From an uncultured virus (IMG/VR IMGVR_UViG_3300027770_000003) (taxonomy: Duplodnaviria; Heunggongvirae; Uroviricota; Caudoviricetes): a stretch of DNA of 64,000 nucleotides. The notes beneath the pieces were generated by a model. That model searched no databases. It was not told where the DNA came from and worked only from the letters and a program-made list of their open reading frames with translations. The DNA is taken from the IMG/VR virus record IMGVR_UViG_3300027770_000003; one strand, 5' to 3'. Shown here piece after piece: positions 25,030 through 35,731 of this stretch (positions within the stretch are counted from its first letter, which is position 1; every line of letters starts with the position of its first letter). The position numbers were made by a program, and so were the translations under genes.

Positions 25030-26048
25030 CGTGCCACACCATAATGCTTCTCAACAGCAGCAACTAATTGATCCTTCATTCCCACATCTTGTCGGAACGC
25101 TTCAAGCATCTTTTCTTTACCTTGCCAACGACCTTCACCAAACGAGTAGTAAGCCCCAGCACGAGTAATAACCTCAATAGCGATACCAATATTGATCGTG
25201 TCTTTAAGTACATCAAAGTCTCCTATGTCAAATCCTTGTGTCTGAGCAAAATAGAAATCAATCACTGCTGATTGGTTTGGGCGGTATGTCTTATTCTTAA
25301 GTGTACGAGCCTTGATTGTCTGCCCAACTACTTCGTCTTTATCCTTTAACCATTCATCTCGGCGTACCTCAACACGGCAAAAGTATGCAAAGTTCTTGGC
25401 TAAACCACCTGGTGTTGTGCGATTGTCTCCCCACATCACACCAATCTTTTGTCTCCACTGGTTAATCATCAACCCTGTGCAGGTTCGTTCATCCTCAATC
25501 AAAGACCGCTTCTGTGCCTCAGAGGACTTACGGAAGAACTTAGATGTAAGGCGAGCACCTAAACCTACGGTGTATTCGTCCATTGTCTTCTCCGACTCAT
25601 CCCCAGGAACAAGCGCTGGCAAGGAGTCAATAACAATCATGTCTGCTGCTCGTTGTGCCATCAAGTTGATAACTAAGTTGTAAGCATGCTCCATGATGTT
25701 TGTTTCAACAACATACAAACGATCCAAGTCAACACCAATGGACTCTGCGTACTCAGGGACAAACTCCTCAGCAGCAACCCACACAGCAATAAAGTCAGGA
25801 TTTAACTTTTGATTCTCTGCAATGGTCTTAAATGCAAGAGCAGTTTTCCCTGATGATTCATCACCAATGATTTCAGACCACTGGTTTACAGGCCATCCCC
25901 CGCCCAGCATCAAGTCATATGACAAGACACCTGTAGTGATACGACCAAGTTTGCCTCTGGTATCACTTCCTTTGACGATTGTACCTAAACCATGTTGTTT
26001 GTTTACAGCGTTAACGATTGAAGAAAGGCTGTCCCAATTTTTGTCCAT
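25026..26048 (-). CDS. recA: RecA recombinase
   Basis: Walker A GDESSGKT, IVIDSL, INQWR, TTPGG. Confidence 0.95.
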   Translation of the reverse strand: MDKNWDSLSSIVNAVNKQHGLGTIVKGSDTRGKLGRITTGVLSYDLMLGGGWPVNQWSEIIGDESSGKTALAFKTIAENQKLNPDFIAVWVAAEEFVPEYAESIGVDLDRLYVVETNIMEHAYNLVINLMAQRAADMIVIDSLPALVPGDESEKTMDEYTVGLGARLTSKFFRKSSEAQKRSLIEDERTCTGLMINQWRQKIGVMWGDNRTTPGGLAKNFAYFCRVEVRRDEWLKDKDEVVGQTIKARTLKNKTYRPNQSAVIDFYFAQTQGFDIGDFDVLKDTINIGIAIEVITRAGAYYSFGEGRWQGKEKMLEAFRQDVGMKDQLVAAVEKHYGVAR

Positions 26049-26061
26049 GTGATGCTCCTAG

Positions 26062-26430
26062 TTAGACTGTCCACGATACCTGATCCGCTTGTTCATACAC
26101 GCCATTCCAGCCGCATTCAAAGCATCTCGGTGCAGGTACTTTACCACCTGCTGATGCATTTGCACGACTAAATACGTTCTTTCCTCCACATCTTGGACAA
26201 GTTAAATCCCCATCCAAGCGTTGTGCTTCTCCACCCTTCCATGAGCGCAGTGCAGTACCCATATCAATCTTTCCGTCAGCATCAGGAACAGGTCTTGCTT
26301 GCTCTGATGCTTGAACTACTGCACGAGCCTGTTGTTGTAGCGCTGGCAAAATATGATTGGTTGTAACAGGAGCAGATGGTCTACTCACTGTTGCCTTGTT
26401 GTTTAACTTGTTATCCCACCAACTACTCAT
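26062..26430 (-). CDS. Zn-ribbon hypothetical protein
   Basis: CPRCGG...CFECGW. Confidence 0.7.
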   Translation of the reverse strand: MSSWWDNKLNNKATVSRPSAPVTTNHILPALQQQARAVVQASEQARPVPDADGKIDMGTALRSWKGGEAQRLDGDLTCPRCGGKNVFSRANASAGGKVPAPRCFECGWNGVYEQADQVSWTV

Positions 26431-26785
26431 AGTTATATTCTCCCTCCGCAATTAAAGCAATAACATTACTCTCTAATAACTTTTGAACTAATGCCATACC
26501 GTAGGACAACAGGACAGTCTTAGAACCATCAATCATCTTAGATGTGGGCTTTTCTTCAGTATCCATAGTTACTTCTAACACTTCGGTAAACCAATCTACC
26601 GCTTCTTCTATCTCATCGTACACACCAAACTCATGAAGCATGTCCCATTGTGAGTTAATTAGATCAGTTTCCATAGCCTGTACTTCAATGGATGGAGGTG
26701 TCAATCCCATGTGTTGAGCCAACTCTTGACCCGATGGTAATGACAGCATTAAACAAAAGTTTCGCTTCTCTGCAACTGTATTCAT
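26423..26785 (-). CDS. Hypothetical protein
   Basis: ATGA-coupled to the polymerase gene. Confidence 0.65.
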   Translation of the reverse strand: MNTVAEKRNFCLMLSLPSGQELAQHMGLTPPSIEVQAMETDLINSQWDMLHEFGVYDEIEEAVDWFTEVLEVTMDTEEKPTSKMIDGSKTVLLSYGMALVQKLLESNVIALIAEGEYNYE

Positions 26786-28833
26786 TTTCCTTTTGCCTCC
26801 GCCCAACTAGTTGCCGCATGGCAAGACACTTTTAGTGTCACCCCCATAATACTCCTGTCGTGACCCATTGCCGAAATCAGAGTATTCATTGCAGTTTCTT
26901 CTTGATCTTTAGGGGTAATTACAATAAGTTCGTCATGCACTTGTACGAGCATTTTAGTATCTGTACCTCTAAATGCAGTATCTACGTCAATCATGGCTTG
27001 CTTGCAGATGTCTGCGGCACTTCCTTGAATGATTGCATTGATGGCTTGCCTTTGTGCACGAGACACCTCAAACTGCCTACTAAGTGTCAAACCAGGAAGT
27101 CTTCTACGCCTACCACTCAATGTAGATACATAACCTGATTTTGTAGCCACAGCAATAGCAACCTGTTTCCACTTGGTCAACCCAGAGAAACTCTTATAAT
27201 AGGAGTTAAGAATCTCCTCAGCATGCTCATCAGCAATACCAGTAGTTCTAGCAAGTTTTCCAGAACCACCACCGTAGGCAGTAAGAAAGTTCACTCCCTT
27301 ACCAATCTGTCGTTCTTCTGAGGTTACTTCTGACAAATCTTTCTTAAACACTGCTGCTGCTGTTGCAGCGTGAATGTCTTCATTATTTCTAAAGATGCGA
27401 AGAAGTTGTGGGTCTTGGCTAAACATAGCCATAACTCGGAGTTCAATCTGATCATAGTCAGCCACCAACATCGTGTACCCAGGAGGCGGTACAAACAAAC
27501 TCCTAATGCTGGAGTCTCGTGGAATGTTCTGCAAGTTAGGGTCATTAGAAGATAGACGACCAGTTGCAGTCCTATGCAAGTTGTATGAAGGGTGCAACTT
27601 ACCGTTGTTTAACTTGGGGATCAAGCCATCAACATATGTTGACTTCAACTTCTGCAATTCAGAGTAACTAATCAAGAGTGGAATGAGTGGGTGAGCATCT
27701 CGCAACTTCTCTAAGGCTTCCATATCTACAGATGGAGCGCCTTTAGGAGTTGTTTTATAGGGCTTTAGACCTAAACCACCCTCACGCTTTTTGTTAAACA
27801 AGTAGTTTTGTTTATCTTTATTGGAGTCAGGGTTGAAGCCAGCGTAGGACATATCAACAATTTCAAGAAGACAGTCACGTTGTTTAATCTCTAACTCTTT
27901 ACGCAAGTCCTTAAGGGCACTGGTCTTGACAGTAATACCCTCATCTTCCATAGTCATAATCACTCGTAGCACTTCCATGTCTTGCTTAAGGGCAGGTGCA
28001 AGGGATTCTGTAAGGCGCAATTTAGCCATAAGTTTGCTATACAACAACCACGTCCAGCGAGCATCTAGGTGCACATACCTTGCAGCAGTACTAAAGGGCA
28101 CAGTGTCAATAACAGCACCCAACTTTCCTTCTTTGGCGTAAGCATCATGACCACCAAAGTTCTGAGCAACTAAGTTGGTAAGGGAAAACGATATTGAATT
28201 CTCATCTTCCAAGTGCTGAAGAATCATGGTATCCATGTACGGACCTGGTGGTAACTCTCCGTAATACTTTTGAATGGAGCGAGCATCAAACTTTACGTTG
28301 TGACCAACTTTAACAAGGTCACTAAAAAATAAAGGGCGTAGTTCCTCAAACACCACTGAGCGAGACAGTTGCTCAGGTGGAGCAGAATACTCACCTGGAA
28401 TTACATACTTAGCCTTAGCCATTGACTCCCCACCACTTGCTAAGAACTTACGGTATCCCGATGGTGGGACAGTTGTACCATCACCACGTTCCTCTGGAAC
28501 AATTACTTCTCCAAGTTTGTGCCCCATAGGAATAGCCCACGAGTGACCAAGTGTGGCAATGCTAATCCAAAACACTTCATTACGAAGTGGATCCAAGGCT
28601 AATTGTTTCATGTACCTAGAACGAATTGTTTCCGTGGAACTAGCAACAATGGATTCCCCTGGATTCTTGAGAGTTGCAATGTGCTCCTTACACTCTTTTA
28701 AAAAAAGTTTATGAAGATCATCATGTCTCTCAAGAACCCCACGGGATTCCACGTCAAAAGCAAACTCTCCTGCTTTTGTAACTACCTCAACAAGGTTTCG
28801 CAATTCCTCTACGGTATGTACCGTATGGAGCAT
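26782..28833 (-). CDS. polA: DNA polymerase, family A (3'-5' exonuclease + polymerase)
   Basis: FDVES, HNVKFD, TGRLSS, DYDQIELR, KGVNF...YG, QVHDEL. Confidence 0.95.
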   Translation of the reverse strand: MLHTVHTVEELRNLVEVVTKAGEFAFDVESRGVLERHDDLHKLFLKECKEHIATLKNPGESIVASSTETIRSRYMKQLALDPLRNEVFWISIATLGHSWAIPMGHKLGEVIVPEERGDGTTVPPSGYRKFLASGGESMAKAKYVIPGEYSAPPEQLSRSVVFEELRPLFFSDLVKVGHNVKFDARSIQKYYGELPPGPYMDTMILQHLEDENSISFSLTNLVAQNFGGHDAYAKEGKLGAVIDTVPFSTAARYVHLDARWTWLLYSKLMAKLRLTESLAPALKQDMEVLRVIMTMEDEGITVKTSALKDLRKELEIKQRDCLLEIVDMSYAGFNPDSNKDKQNYLFNKKREGGLGLKPYKTTPKGAPSVDMEALEKLRDAHPLIPLLISYSELQKLKSTYVDGLIPKLNNGKLHPSYNLHRTATGRLSSNDPNLQNIPRDSSIRSLFVPPPGYTMLVADYDQIELRVMAMFSQDPQLLRIFRNNEDIHAATAAAVFKKDLSEVTSEERQIGKGVNFLTAYGGGSGKLARTTGIADEHAEEILNSYYKSFSGLTKWKQVAIAVATKSGYVSTLSGRRRRLPGLTLSRQFEVSRAQRQAINAIIQGSAADICKQAMIDVDTAFRGTDTKMLVQVHDELIVITPKDQEETAMNTLISAMGHDRSIMGVTLKVSCHAATSWAEAKGK

Positions 28834-28838
28834 GCGAA

Positions 28839-29564
28839 CTACCGAGCGTCAAGTAATTCGGTAGCAACTTCCAACAACTCTGAGCGTGTTGGAATTTGAA
28901 TAATGCTTGGGTCGTATGCGTTGTTCAACAAGACCTTCATGGTGTCTTCAGTAAACGCAGTCAAGTTCCACTCTTCAAGGTCACGCTCACGAACCATCTG
29001 CAAGATAGTTTGTGTTTGTGCTCCCTTGCCAGTCTTGGATACTGCCCAGTAATTCTTGGACAGTGGTCCTTGACGTGGGTCAAGATGGAAGTTCTTCAGT
29101 TGGTCAATCAAACGAACGCCAACTTCAAACGACTTAACTACTGGTTCTTCACCGTTAGCAAGAAGTGCAATGTTAAATGCAAACTTTGTGCTTGGGCGAT
29201 TACCTGAGTCACACAATGGGCAACCATTTGGGTCATCGTGCAAACATACAAATGACTTTTGGCCTTGGCGACCATCAATCCAGTGTGTACGGAACGATGC
29301 ATATGGCTCGTCTTCCAAGAACTTGATGACTTGTGTGTCCTCAGTTACCTTGAAACGCTGTGCGTATGGTGATGCTGCTTCTTGAACACGGTCTGCTGCA
29401 CCCCAACCACGTTTAATGGTCCGAGTAACTTGTGCAACTTCTGTGCGCTCTACTTCTGATTCAACTACTGGCTTTGCCACTACTTGAGTTTTTCCCTTTG
29501 AGGGTGCAGGAGTTGGAAACTCCTGTTCGTCATCTTCAAAGTCATCGTATCTGTTAGTTGTCAT
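28839..29564 (-). CDS. Single-stranded DNA-binding protein, T4 gp32-like
   Basis: IKFLED, HW...FVC...CPLC, KTGKGAQT; adjacent to polA. Confidence 0.7.
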   Translation of the reverse strand: MTTNRYDDFEDDEQEFPTPAPSKGKTQVVAKPVVESEVERTEVAQVTRTIKRGWGAADRVQEAASPYAQRFKVTEDTQVIKFLEDEPYASFRTHWIDGRQGQKSFVCLHDDPNGCPLCDSGNRPSTKFAFNIALLANGEEPVVKSFEVGVRLIDQLKNFHLDPRQGPLSKNYWAVSKTGKGAQTQTILQMVRERDLEEWNLTAFTEDTMKVLLNNAYDPSIIQIPTRSELLEVATELLDAR

Positions 29565-29595
29565 TTGTGCTTTCTCTGCTTTCTGTTTGGGGTTT

Positions 29596-30015
29596 TTACT
29601 TAATCCAGTTTTCCTTGATGTGCTTTTTAAAACCTAGCCAGTTCGCTTTATTGGGTTGGGGATTATCCAAACCAAAATGCTGTACTGAGTAGATGAGTAA
29701 CTCTACCTGACTTCTGCTGTAAAGTCTACGACCTTTAGTAACTTTTCCAGGAATTTGTTGTCCTTCGGGTGGTGGTGTTCTAAATGTCGCAGTTGGGATA
29801 AACCCAAGTGTTTCCCACTTACGAATAGTTCCTGGTTTTCTATTTAAGGCTTTGGCAACTTCTCCAACAGTATAAAAACTTACTTCCTCACCTCTAATAG
29901 TAAACGTGACTGTATGCAAGACAGCAAAAGGATCTTCAATCCGTGCTGGCTTTTTCTTGCCTCTGTTTCTAGGGGCTGTCTTACCAGGGTAATCGTTTAA
30001 ACTTTCAGCGCCCAT
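29596..30015 (-). CDS. MerR-like HTH DNA-binding protein
   Basis: YTVGEVAKALNRKPGTIRKWE...GRRLYS. Confidence 0.8.
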   Translation of the reverse strand: MGAESLNDYPGKTAPRNRGKKKPARIEDPFAVLHTVTFTIRGEEVSFYTVGEVAKALNRKPGTIRKWETLGFIPTATFRTPPPEGQQIPGKVTKGRRLYSRSQVELLIYSVQHFGLDNPQPNKANWLGFKKHIKENWIK

Positions 30016-30419
30016 GTTTCTTTCTCTACGTAAAACGATTTAATCAACTCTTGAATGGCATCATCATTCCAAGCAAGGCCCAGCAACTTATCTTCGCTAA
30101 GAACTTCAATTACTTCTTTGACAGTATCCCAATGACCATTTTGTTTAGCCCATGCTTCTGCCGCAGACGAGTTAAACGATTTGGAAATCCTGCGCTCACG
30201 CTTTAACTCAACATCACCAAGTTCAATCCAAAGGTTTCCCTTTTCGTCAGGCTTGCCAAAAGATGTGAGGTAGGTAGTAAGTGATTCCTTAAAACCATCA
30301 ACACGCTTTTGTGTGGACTCTATAAGTGCCTTGTGGTTTTTGTATTCGTCAATCAACTTTCGCAATGTTGCTGAGTCGTACTCTTGCCCTGCTGGTGTCT
30401 CTCTTACAATCTGTGCCAT
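29997..30419 (-). CDS. Hypothetical coiled-coil protein
   Basis: MAQIVRE...; GAGG RBS. Confidence 0.65.
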   Translation of the reverse strand: MAQIVRETPAGQEYDSATLRKLIDEYKNHKALIESTQKRVDGFKESLTTYLTSFGKPDEKGNLWIELGDVELKRERRISKSFNSSAAEAWAKQNGHWDTVKEVIEVLSEDKLLGLAWNDDAIQELIKSFYVEKETWALKV

Positions 30420-30420
30420 G

Positions 30421-31965
30421 TCATACCTCGTTGTGTCGTAGGAACTCTGAAAGAGCACCTAGGTTTAATTGGAAACTTCCCTTATTATCATAACCACCAT
30501 CAATAAATGCTTTATTGATTCCCCGTTTTTCTTGCAGCATCTCGTATTGTCTTTCCTCAATACTGCCCTTCATAACGAATGACACGATGTTAACGTGTGG
30601 GAACTCAGATGACAACCTAATGATTCTGGCTTCTCTTTGATCCAGTTTCCCAGCGCTCCACGGAAGGTCATAGGAAATAAGGTAGTTGGCAATAGGTAGG
30701 TCTACACCATAACCACCAGCATCCGATGATAAAAACAAACGAGTGTTTGGGTCGGTGGAGAATTGCTGTTTGGACTTATCCCTATCCAGCATGTCCATCC
30801 CACCCATAAACAAAACACTCCGTGTAACGTCCTTGGTTGCTTGCTGAAGTAACCGTAGGTTGTTTTTAAAAAATGAGAACAACACTACTTTGTTCTTTGG
30901 ATCTTCTTCCAAGACATCTGTAATGTATTGAATTACTGCATCAAGTTTTGGTGTGTTGAAGTTATCTTGAATTAATCCTTGAGTTACAACTTGAGAAGCA
31001 TGCTTACTACCTTGATCATTCTTGGCATCCAAATACATCTCTGCTGACATCTTTACTAAGGCGGGGTTATCACAGAACATGCGAAGAGTAGTAAGCCTGG
31101 ACATAATGTCACCTTGGGCTTCCATGCCTTTATTGTTTCCGTAGTAGTGCGCCCACAAGTCAAAACCTCTTCCATGCTCTGTCATTGCTTTCTGAATAGC
31201 ATTAAGCAAGTCATCAGAGAGTTTTCTGTAGGTTGAAGCGCCAAAAGGGTCAAATGGTACGGGAACTACTTGTTGGATTACTACAGGTAACTGGTCAGCA
31301 ATGTCCTCACGGGTCTTGCGAATCATTACAGTTTCCATACTTGTGTGTAATGACTTTAAGTTCCGATACCTTTTTGGTTTACCAAAGTGATCTCGTTCAA
31401 TAAAAGTTCTATCAAACACTTCAAACTTACCTAGTATCGCTGGGTCAACAAACTCCATAATGGAGAACAGTTCTTCTGGGCGATTTTCAATAGGTTGTCC
31501 TGTAAGCGCAAACCTGTAATGATACTTTTTACCAAGTCGCTTTATCAAGCGGGAACGCTTTGCTCGTGGTGTTTTAATCATTGTGGCTTCATCTACAACA
31601 ATCGCATCAAACTTATGTTTTTCAAAATGAGCAAGGTCATTAGCAAGTGACTCTGGATTCACAATGACGTATTGAGCACTGATCGCAGTTCTCCACAACT
31701 TCTTTCTTGCTGCTGCACCACCGTCAATAACAATGCAAGATGAATCAGTAAACCTTTTGATTTCACGATCCCATTGATACTTCAATGAAGATGGAACAAC
31801 AACAAGAGTCTTGGAAACTTCTCCTGATTCTTGAAGGCTTTCAATAGCCGCAATTGTGGTAATAGTTTTACCAGCACCCATCACAAGGGCCAAGAGCATC
31901 TGACCACGATCAACCATCTGTTCCGTGGCTTCTTCTTGAAAAGGATACAGAGTTCCTTTAAACAT
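30421..31965 (-). CDS. SNF2-family helicase
   Basis: MGAGKT, VDEA, LTGQPIEN, AGGYGVDL, QREARIIR. Confidence 0.9.
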   Translation of the reverse strand: MFKGTLYPFQEEATEQMVDRGQMLLALVMGAGKTITTIAAIESLQESGEVSKTLVVVPSSLKYQWDREIKRFTDSSCIVIDGGAAARKKLWRTAISAQYVIVNPESLANDLAHFEKHKFDAIVVDEATMIKTPRAKRSRLIKRLGKKYHYRFALTGQPIENRPEELFSIMEFVDPAILGKFEVFDRTFIERDHFGKPKRYRNLKSLHTSMETVMIRKTREDIADQLPVVIQQVVPVPFDPFGASTYRKLSDDLLNAIQKAMTEHGRGFDLWAHYYGNNKGMEAQGDIMSRLTTLRMFCDNPALVKMSAEMYLDAKNDQGSKHASQVVTQGLIQDNFNTPKLDAVIQYITDVLEEDPKNKVVLFSFFKNNLRLLQQATKDVTRSVLFMGGMDMLDRDKSKQQFSTDPNTRLFLSSDAGGYGVDLPIANYLISYDLPWSAGKLDQREARIIRLSSEFPHVNIVSFVMKGSIEERQYEMLQEKRGINKAFIDGGYDNKGSFQLNLGALSEFLRHNEV

Positions 31966-32875
31966 TGAGCCACCAAGGGAATACCGATGCTTGAGTAACT
32001 GCCGTAATGATTTGTTCGTGTGTCATGTCACCGATGTCTTTTGCGTCCGTGTGTGCGTAGTGCAACCAGTTTACACCATGCCTAAAGGCTGGAAGTAACT
32101 TCTTTAAGCGTTTAGCAGAATTAATCCCTGCATCATCATTATCCAAGGCAACAATTAACCCATCAAAATGCTCAACCAACAATGAAATCTGTTGCTTGCT
32201 GATGTGCGCCCCAAAAGAAGCCACACCACTTACCCCAGTCATCACTGTAGCGATACGTGCTACATCCAATGGGGACTCCACAAGGATCCCAATATTACTG
32301 TCTGCCTTGTCAAGACCAAAGAGTGTTTCTGACTTCTTAACACCAATTGGGTAGTTACGCACCCGTGATGCTTCTTTTTCTTGCCATCCGTCCAACTCCC
32401 CCATTGGGGAAACAATAGGAAGAATCCAAGTCTGCTTGTCCTCTACAAACCTAATCCCATACTTCTTTGCGGATTCACGATCAATTCCACGAGTCTTAAT
32501 CCACCTATCCGATGGCGCAGGAAAAGCGCTAAACACCTTCCAGTCAACTACTGGACGCTTTTCAATAGCCTGAGTCGTATGCATGCGATCTAAACCACTA
32601 GACACAAGGAACGTGTGCACTGCAATGATTGAGTCACTCTCGCCAGTCAGTTCAGACACAAGCGAAGAAAGAGTTCCTTTGGCACCACAGGAATAGCAAA
32701 GCCATAGCCCTGTGTTGGCATTCATTGACCACGAAGGAGAGCCATCTGCTTTCCCTGTTCGCTTGTAGTGCACTGGGCAGCAAGCAGAAATCTCTTGCTC
32801 TCCGATACGCCGAACGTCCACACCAAGTTGGCGTAGCACATCTGCTACATCAGTAATACCAGTTGTCCCTGTCAT
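31958..32875 (-). CDS. DNA primase (Zn finger + TOPRIM)
   Basis: CPVH...CYSC, LVESPLD, LDNDDAG, KDIGDM. Confidence 0.9.
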   Translation of the reverse strand: MTGTTGITDVADVLRQLGVDVRRIGEQEISACCPVHYKRTGKADGSPSWSMNANTGLWLCYSCGAKGTLSSLVSELTGESDSIIAVHTFLVSSGLDRMHTTQAIEKRPVVDWKVFSAFPAPSDRWIKTRGIDRESAKKYGIRFVEDKQTWILPIVSPMGELDGWQEKEASRVRNYPIGVKKSETLFGLDKADSNIGILVESPLDVARIATVMTGVSGVASFGAHISKQQISLLVEHFDGLIVALDNDDAGINSAKRLKKLLPAFRHGVNWLHYAHTDAKDIGDMTHEQIITAVTQASVFPWWLNV

Positions 32876-34115
32876 CGTCCTTATCATCGCCTTCTTCTCC
32901 TACTTCTGTAAAGTCCATGTTATTCCAATCCCAGTTAATTCTGATTTCACCTAGTGGTGCAGAACGAGCCAAGACAACACGAATGATTCCCTGGTTTTCA
33001 ATATCAGGGTCTGACTCCACTGCTAGTACCAAGTCAGAGTCCTGAGCAAAAGAAGAAGTGTAACCAATGGAGTCAGCCGTTACACGGCGTGATTTCTTGT
33101 TACCCAACTTCCATGACAAAACCTGAGTAGTTCCAACGACTGGAATGTCTTGGTTTTGTGCAAGCCTTTTTAATGCACGAGTAATATTTGTTAATGCTTG
33201 TGGGCTTCCCTTTGGCTCACCCTGTTCATCATCCATCAAGTACACACCGTCAATAAACAAAATGTCAGGTTGGTACTCCTTGACCTTTGCGGTTAGTGCG
33301 CTAACAGTTGTTACAGATGCTGTGTCTTCTGTAATCACAAATGGATGCATGTTCTTACGCATACGCAGAGTCTCACGAACACGCTCAAACTCTTGGTCAG
33401 ATAGTGATGCACGAAGAATGTTGCTGTACGGAACTTTGGCAACGATTGCGTCATACCGTGCTGCTTGCTCCTCTGCTGACATTTCAAAAGATACAAAGAG
33501 TGGACGCTTACCGTGAATGTGAGCCGCATTAGCCATCATCAAGGTCATCAAGGACTTACCCTTCTTGGCTTCACCCACAAAGGTAATCAACTGCTGTGGG
33601 CGCAACCCTGATGTAATCCTGTCAAGGCCCTGAATACCTGTAGGAATACCACGAATGGCATTAGGCATCTTACGAAGTTCGTCATACTTGTTTACTCGTT
33701 CTTCCCAAGTGTCAATAAGGTTGACATCTCGTAGGCGAGCAACATCTGCACCTGCTTTTTGAACACCAGCGGCAAGTAGTTTAAATGCCTCAGTAGTATC
33801 CCCACTTTGAATTGCAGGCATTGCAGCAGACATCGCCTCAACCAAGTTGCGGTGGCGATACGAAACATAAACTTCATTTACAAGAGCACTAAATGGTTCA
33901 CCCTTTGCATCAACAAACTTGATGTCACCAAACTCTTGTTTAATCGCACGAGTAGTTGGTACTTCTCCGTGCTCTCTCCAAAAGGAAACTAACCACTCCC
34001 AAACGATTTCCCACTCGGAAGTAAAGTACTGTGACTTAACGCCATGCTTCAAAGAGTATGAAAGGTCTTGCTCCTGAACTACCTTGCTAATTAAGAGTTG
34101 TTCTGCGCTAGCCAT
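32850..34115 (-). CDS. dnaB: DnaB-like replicative helicase
   Basis: GIPTG, GEAKKGKS, SFEMS, IDGVYLM, QDSD. Confidence 0.9.
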   Translation of the reverse strand: MASAEQLLISKVVQEQDLSYSLKHGVKSQYFTSEWEIVWEWLVSFWREHGEVPTTRAIKQEFGDIKFVDAKGEPFSALVNEVYVSYRHRNLVEAMSAAMPAIQSGDTTEAFKLLAAGVQKAGADVARLRDVNLIDTWEERVNKYDELRKMPNAIRGIPTGIQGLDRITSGLRPQQLITFVGEAKKGKSLMTLMMANAAHIHGKRPLFVSFEMSAEEQAARYDAIVAKVPYSNILRASLSDQEFERVRETLRMRKNMHPFVITEDTASVTTVSALTAKVKEYQPDILFIDGVYLMDDEQGEPKGSPQALTNITRALKRLAQNQDIPVVGTTQVLSWKLGNKKSRRVTADSIGYTSSFAQDSDLVLAVESDPDIENQGIIRVVLARSAPLGEIRINWDWNNMDFTEVGEEGDDKDDDRDNWYY

Positions 34116-34558
34116 CAGAGAGACCACGAGGTAGTCGTAGACACAACTGTTGCTCGCATGCCGATTACCTTTGCCTGTTCTTGATCTGCGGTGTAGATTT
34201 TTGCAATGCCTCTGTTGAACTGCAACTCAAAAGCAAGGTCTTCAATGTTGTCAAATGAAACCACGTTTGTTGATATCCCCTTCTTCAATAGCCACCTGTC
34301 AATTGCTTCAGCAAAACCAGGAGGAAACAATGTATACACCTCTGTACCAACTCCCAACCTATGGATTGAATCACTTAGATGTTTTACTGGAAGTGGGTTT
34401 GTAGTCCACAACTTTAAGTAAGCATCCCACTTCTCGTTCCTTAAAAAGAAAGCGGCTTTAACTCTTTCAACTGTCCTTGTCGGCTCTGACGCAAGTATGC
34501 CTTCAAACATAGTTGCTTGCACATGTGGTGCAAAAGAGGCGAGATCATTACCCTGCAT
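34115..34558 (-). CDS. Hypothetical protein (possible degenerate HAD fold)
   Basis: MQGNDL...MFEGIL. Confidence 0.6.
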   Translation of the reverse strand: MQGNDLASFAPHVQATMFEGILASEPTRTVERVKAAFFLRNEKWDAYLKLWTTNPLPVKHLSDSIHRLGVGTEVYTLFPPGFAEAIDRWLLKKGISTNVVSFDNIEDLAFELQFNRGIAKIYTADQEQAKVIGMRATVVSTTTSWSL

Positions 34559-35189
34559 GTTGTGTAACTCGGTAGTCCTTTCCTTCAAAGGGAATCTGAA
34601 GTGTAGCATCTTGCAAAATAGATGCAAGCCTCGGTCCATAATTATTTCCAATAGAAGCAATACTGAACTCGGAAGTAACGATGGTAATCAGTTTCTGCTC
34701 ATAGCGACTATTCAACAAAGTAGCAATTGCATTCTTTGTAAACTCTGTCTTCTTCTCGCTTCCCAAACTGTCTAGTACAACAACATCAAAAACTGAGTTG
34801 ATGTACTTCAAAAGGTATGGATCACCGTACTCATCTGGAAGTTCACCATCAGATCGCAATTCGTCATAGGTTGCAGCAATAAACTTTTCTGCTGTAATAA
34901 AGAAGCCACCAAGTTGTTTAGTAAAAAGAATCTCTGACAAGAGTGCAGCAGCGAGATGGGTCTTACCTGTTCCTGTAGCGCCACAAAAGTACAGACCTTC
35001 ACCACTCTCAAGGTTCTCATCAATGTTGGCTGCCCAGCCACGAATTGCTTTAGTTACACCCCAACTACCAACGTCTTCGTTGTAACTATCCAATGTCTTA
35101 TCCATGTACCGTTTCGGGATGTGTGCGTTACTTACTCGCTCTGCTGGCTTACGATTTCTCCAGTAGCGAGGACCATGCCATTCAGTCAT
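34548..35189 (-). CDS. DnaC/IstB-like AAA+ helicase loader
   Basis: IPKRY, GATGTGKTHLA, VVLDSLG, GKDYR. Confidence 0.85.
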   Translation of the reverse strand: MTEWHGPRYWRNRKPAERVSNAHIPKRYMDKTLDSYNEDVGSWGVTKAIRGWAANIDENLESGEGLYFCGATGTGKTHLAAALLSEILFTKQLGGFFITAEKFIAATYDELRSDGELPDEYGDPYLLKYINSVFDVVVLDSLGSEKKTEFTKNAIATLLNSRYEQKLITIVTSEFSIASIGNNYGPRLASILQDATLQIPFEGKDYRVTQHAG

Positions 35190-35610
35190 GTAGGTACTTC
35201 TCCAATCGTGGATCAAACTTAACTTCTTGTGGAACTGTTGGAAGAGTATCGGATGCGATGCGTTTAAGCAACCCACCTCTGCGACCAGCAAATGCTATCC
35301 AAGGAACTTCTTGGTTTCCTAATGGAGTGCGCTTAATATCATCTGCAAAAATATCAATCATCCGATAAATCTGAATAGGTGTTACCGACTTAGATAACAT
35401 GTCTTTAAATATCTTCATCAAGGCTGGGCCGTTTACAGGAGCGTTTAAAGTCATGGATGTGCTGGTGGTGACATCCCGAAAGTATCTAACCATGTGTGTA
35501 AGCCCTTGCTTTTTTTCCAGAACTTTTGGTTGCTCAGGCTCAGGCTCGTCTGCCCCAATAACTTTTACATCCCAGTCATCACCCTTCTTGTTTTGGCGTG
35601 TAATGAGCAA
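35182..35610 (-). CDS. Hypothetical replication-associated protein
   Basis: Lies between the initiator and the loader; start uncertain. Confidence 0.6.
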   Translation of the reverse strand: MLITRQNKKGDDWDVKVIGADEPEPEQPKVLEKKQGLTHMVRYFRDVTTSTSMTLNAPVNGPALMKIFKDMLSKSVTPIQIYRMIDIFADDIKRTPLGNQEVPWIAFAGRRGGLLKRIASDTLPTVPQEVKFDPRLEKYLHD

Positions 35611-35731
35611 CCCTCACTCTCTTGCTACCTTCCACTGGCTCTAAGGACAAAGCAGTACCTTTTACAATTTTGCCTTTTTCATCCGTGACCTGGGTTTCGT
35701 AATCCCACATCCATCGCATAGTTCTTTTCAT
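35579..35731 (-). CDS. Small hypothetical protein (50 aa)
   Basis: MKRTMRWMWDY...; ATGA-coupled to the initiator. Confidence 0.45.
   Translation of the reverse strand: MKRTMRWMWDYETQVTDEKGKIVKGTALSLEPVEGSKRVRVAHYTPKQEG

Noticed and set aside
26782..28833. PolA as a DpoZ (Z-genome) polymerase
   Set aside because: No purZ or datZ in the window and no diagnostic evidence visible
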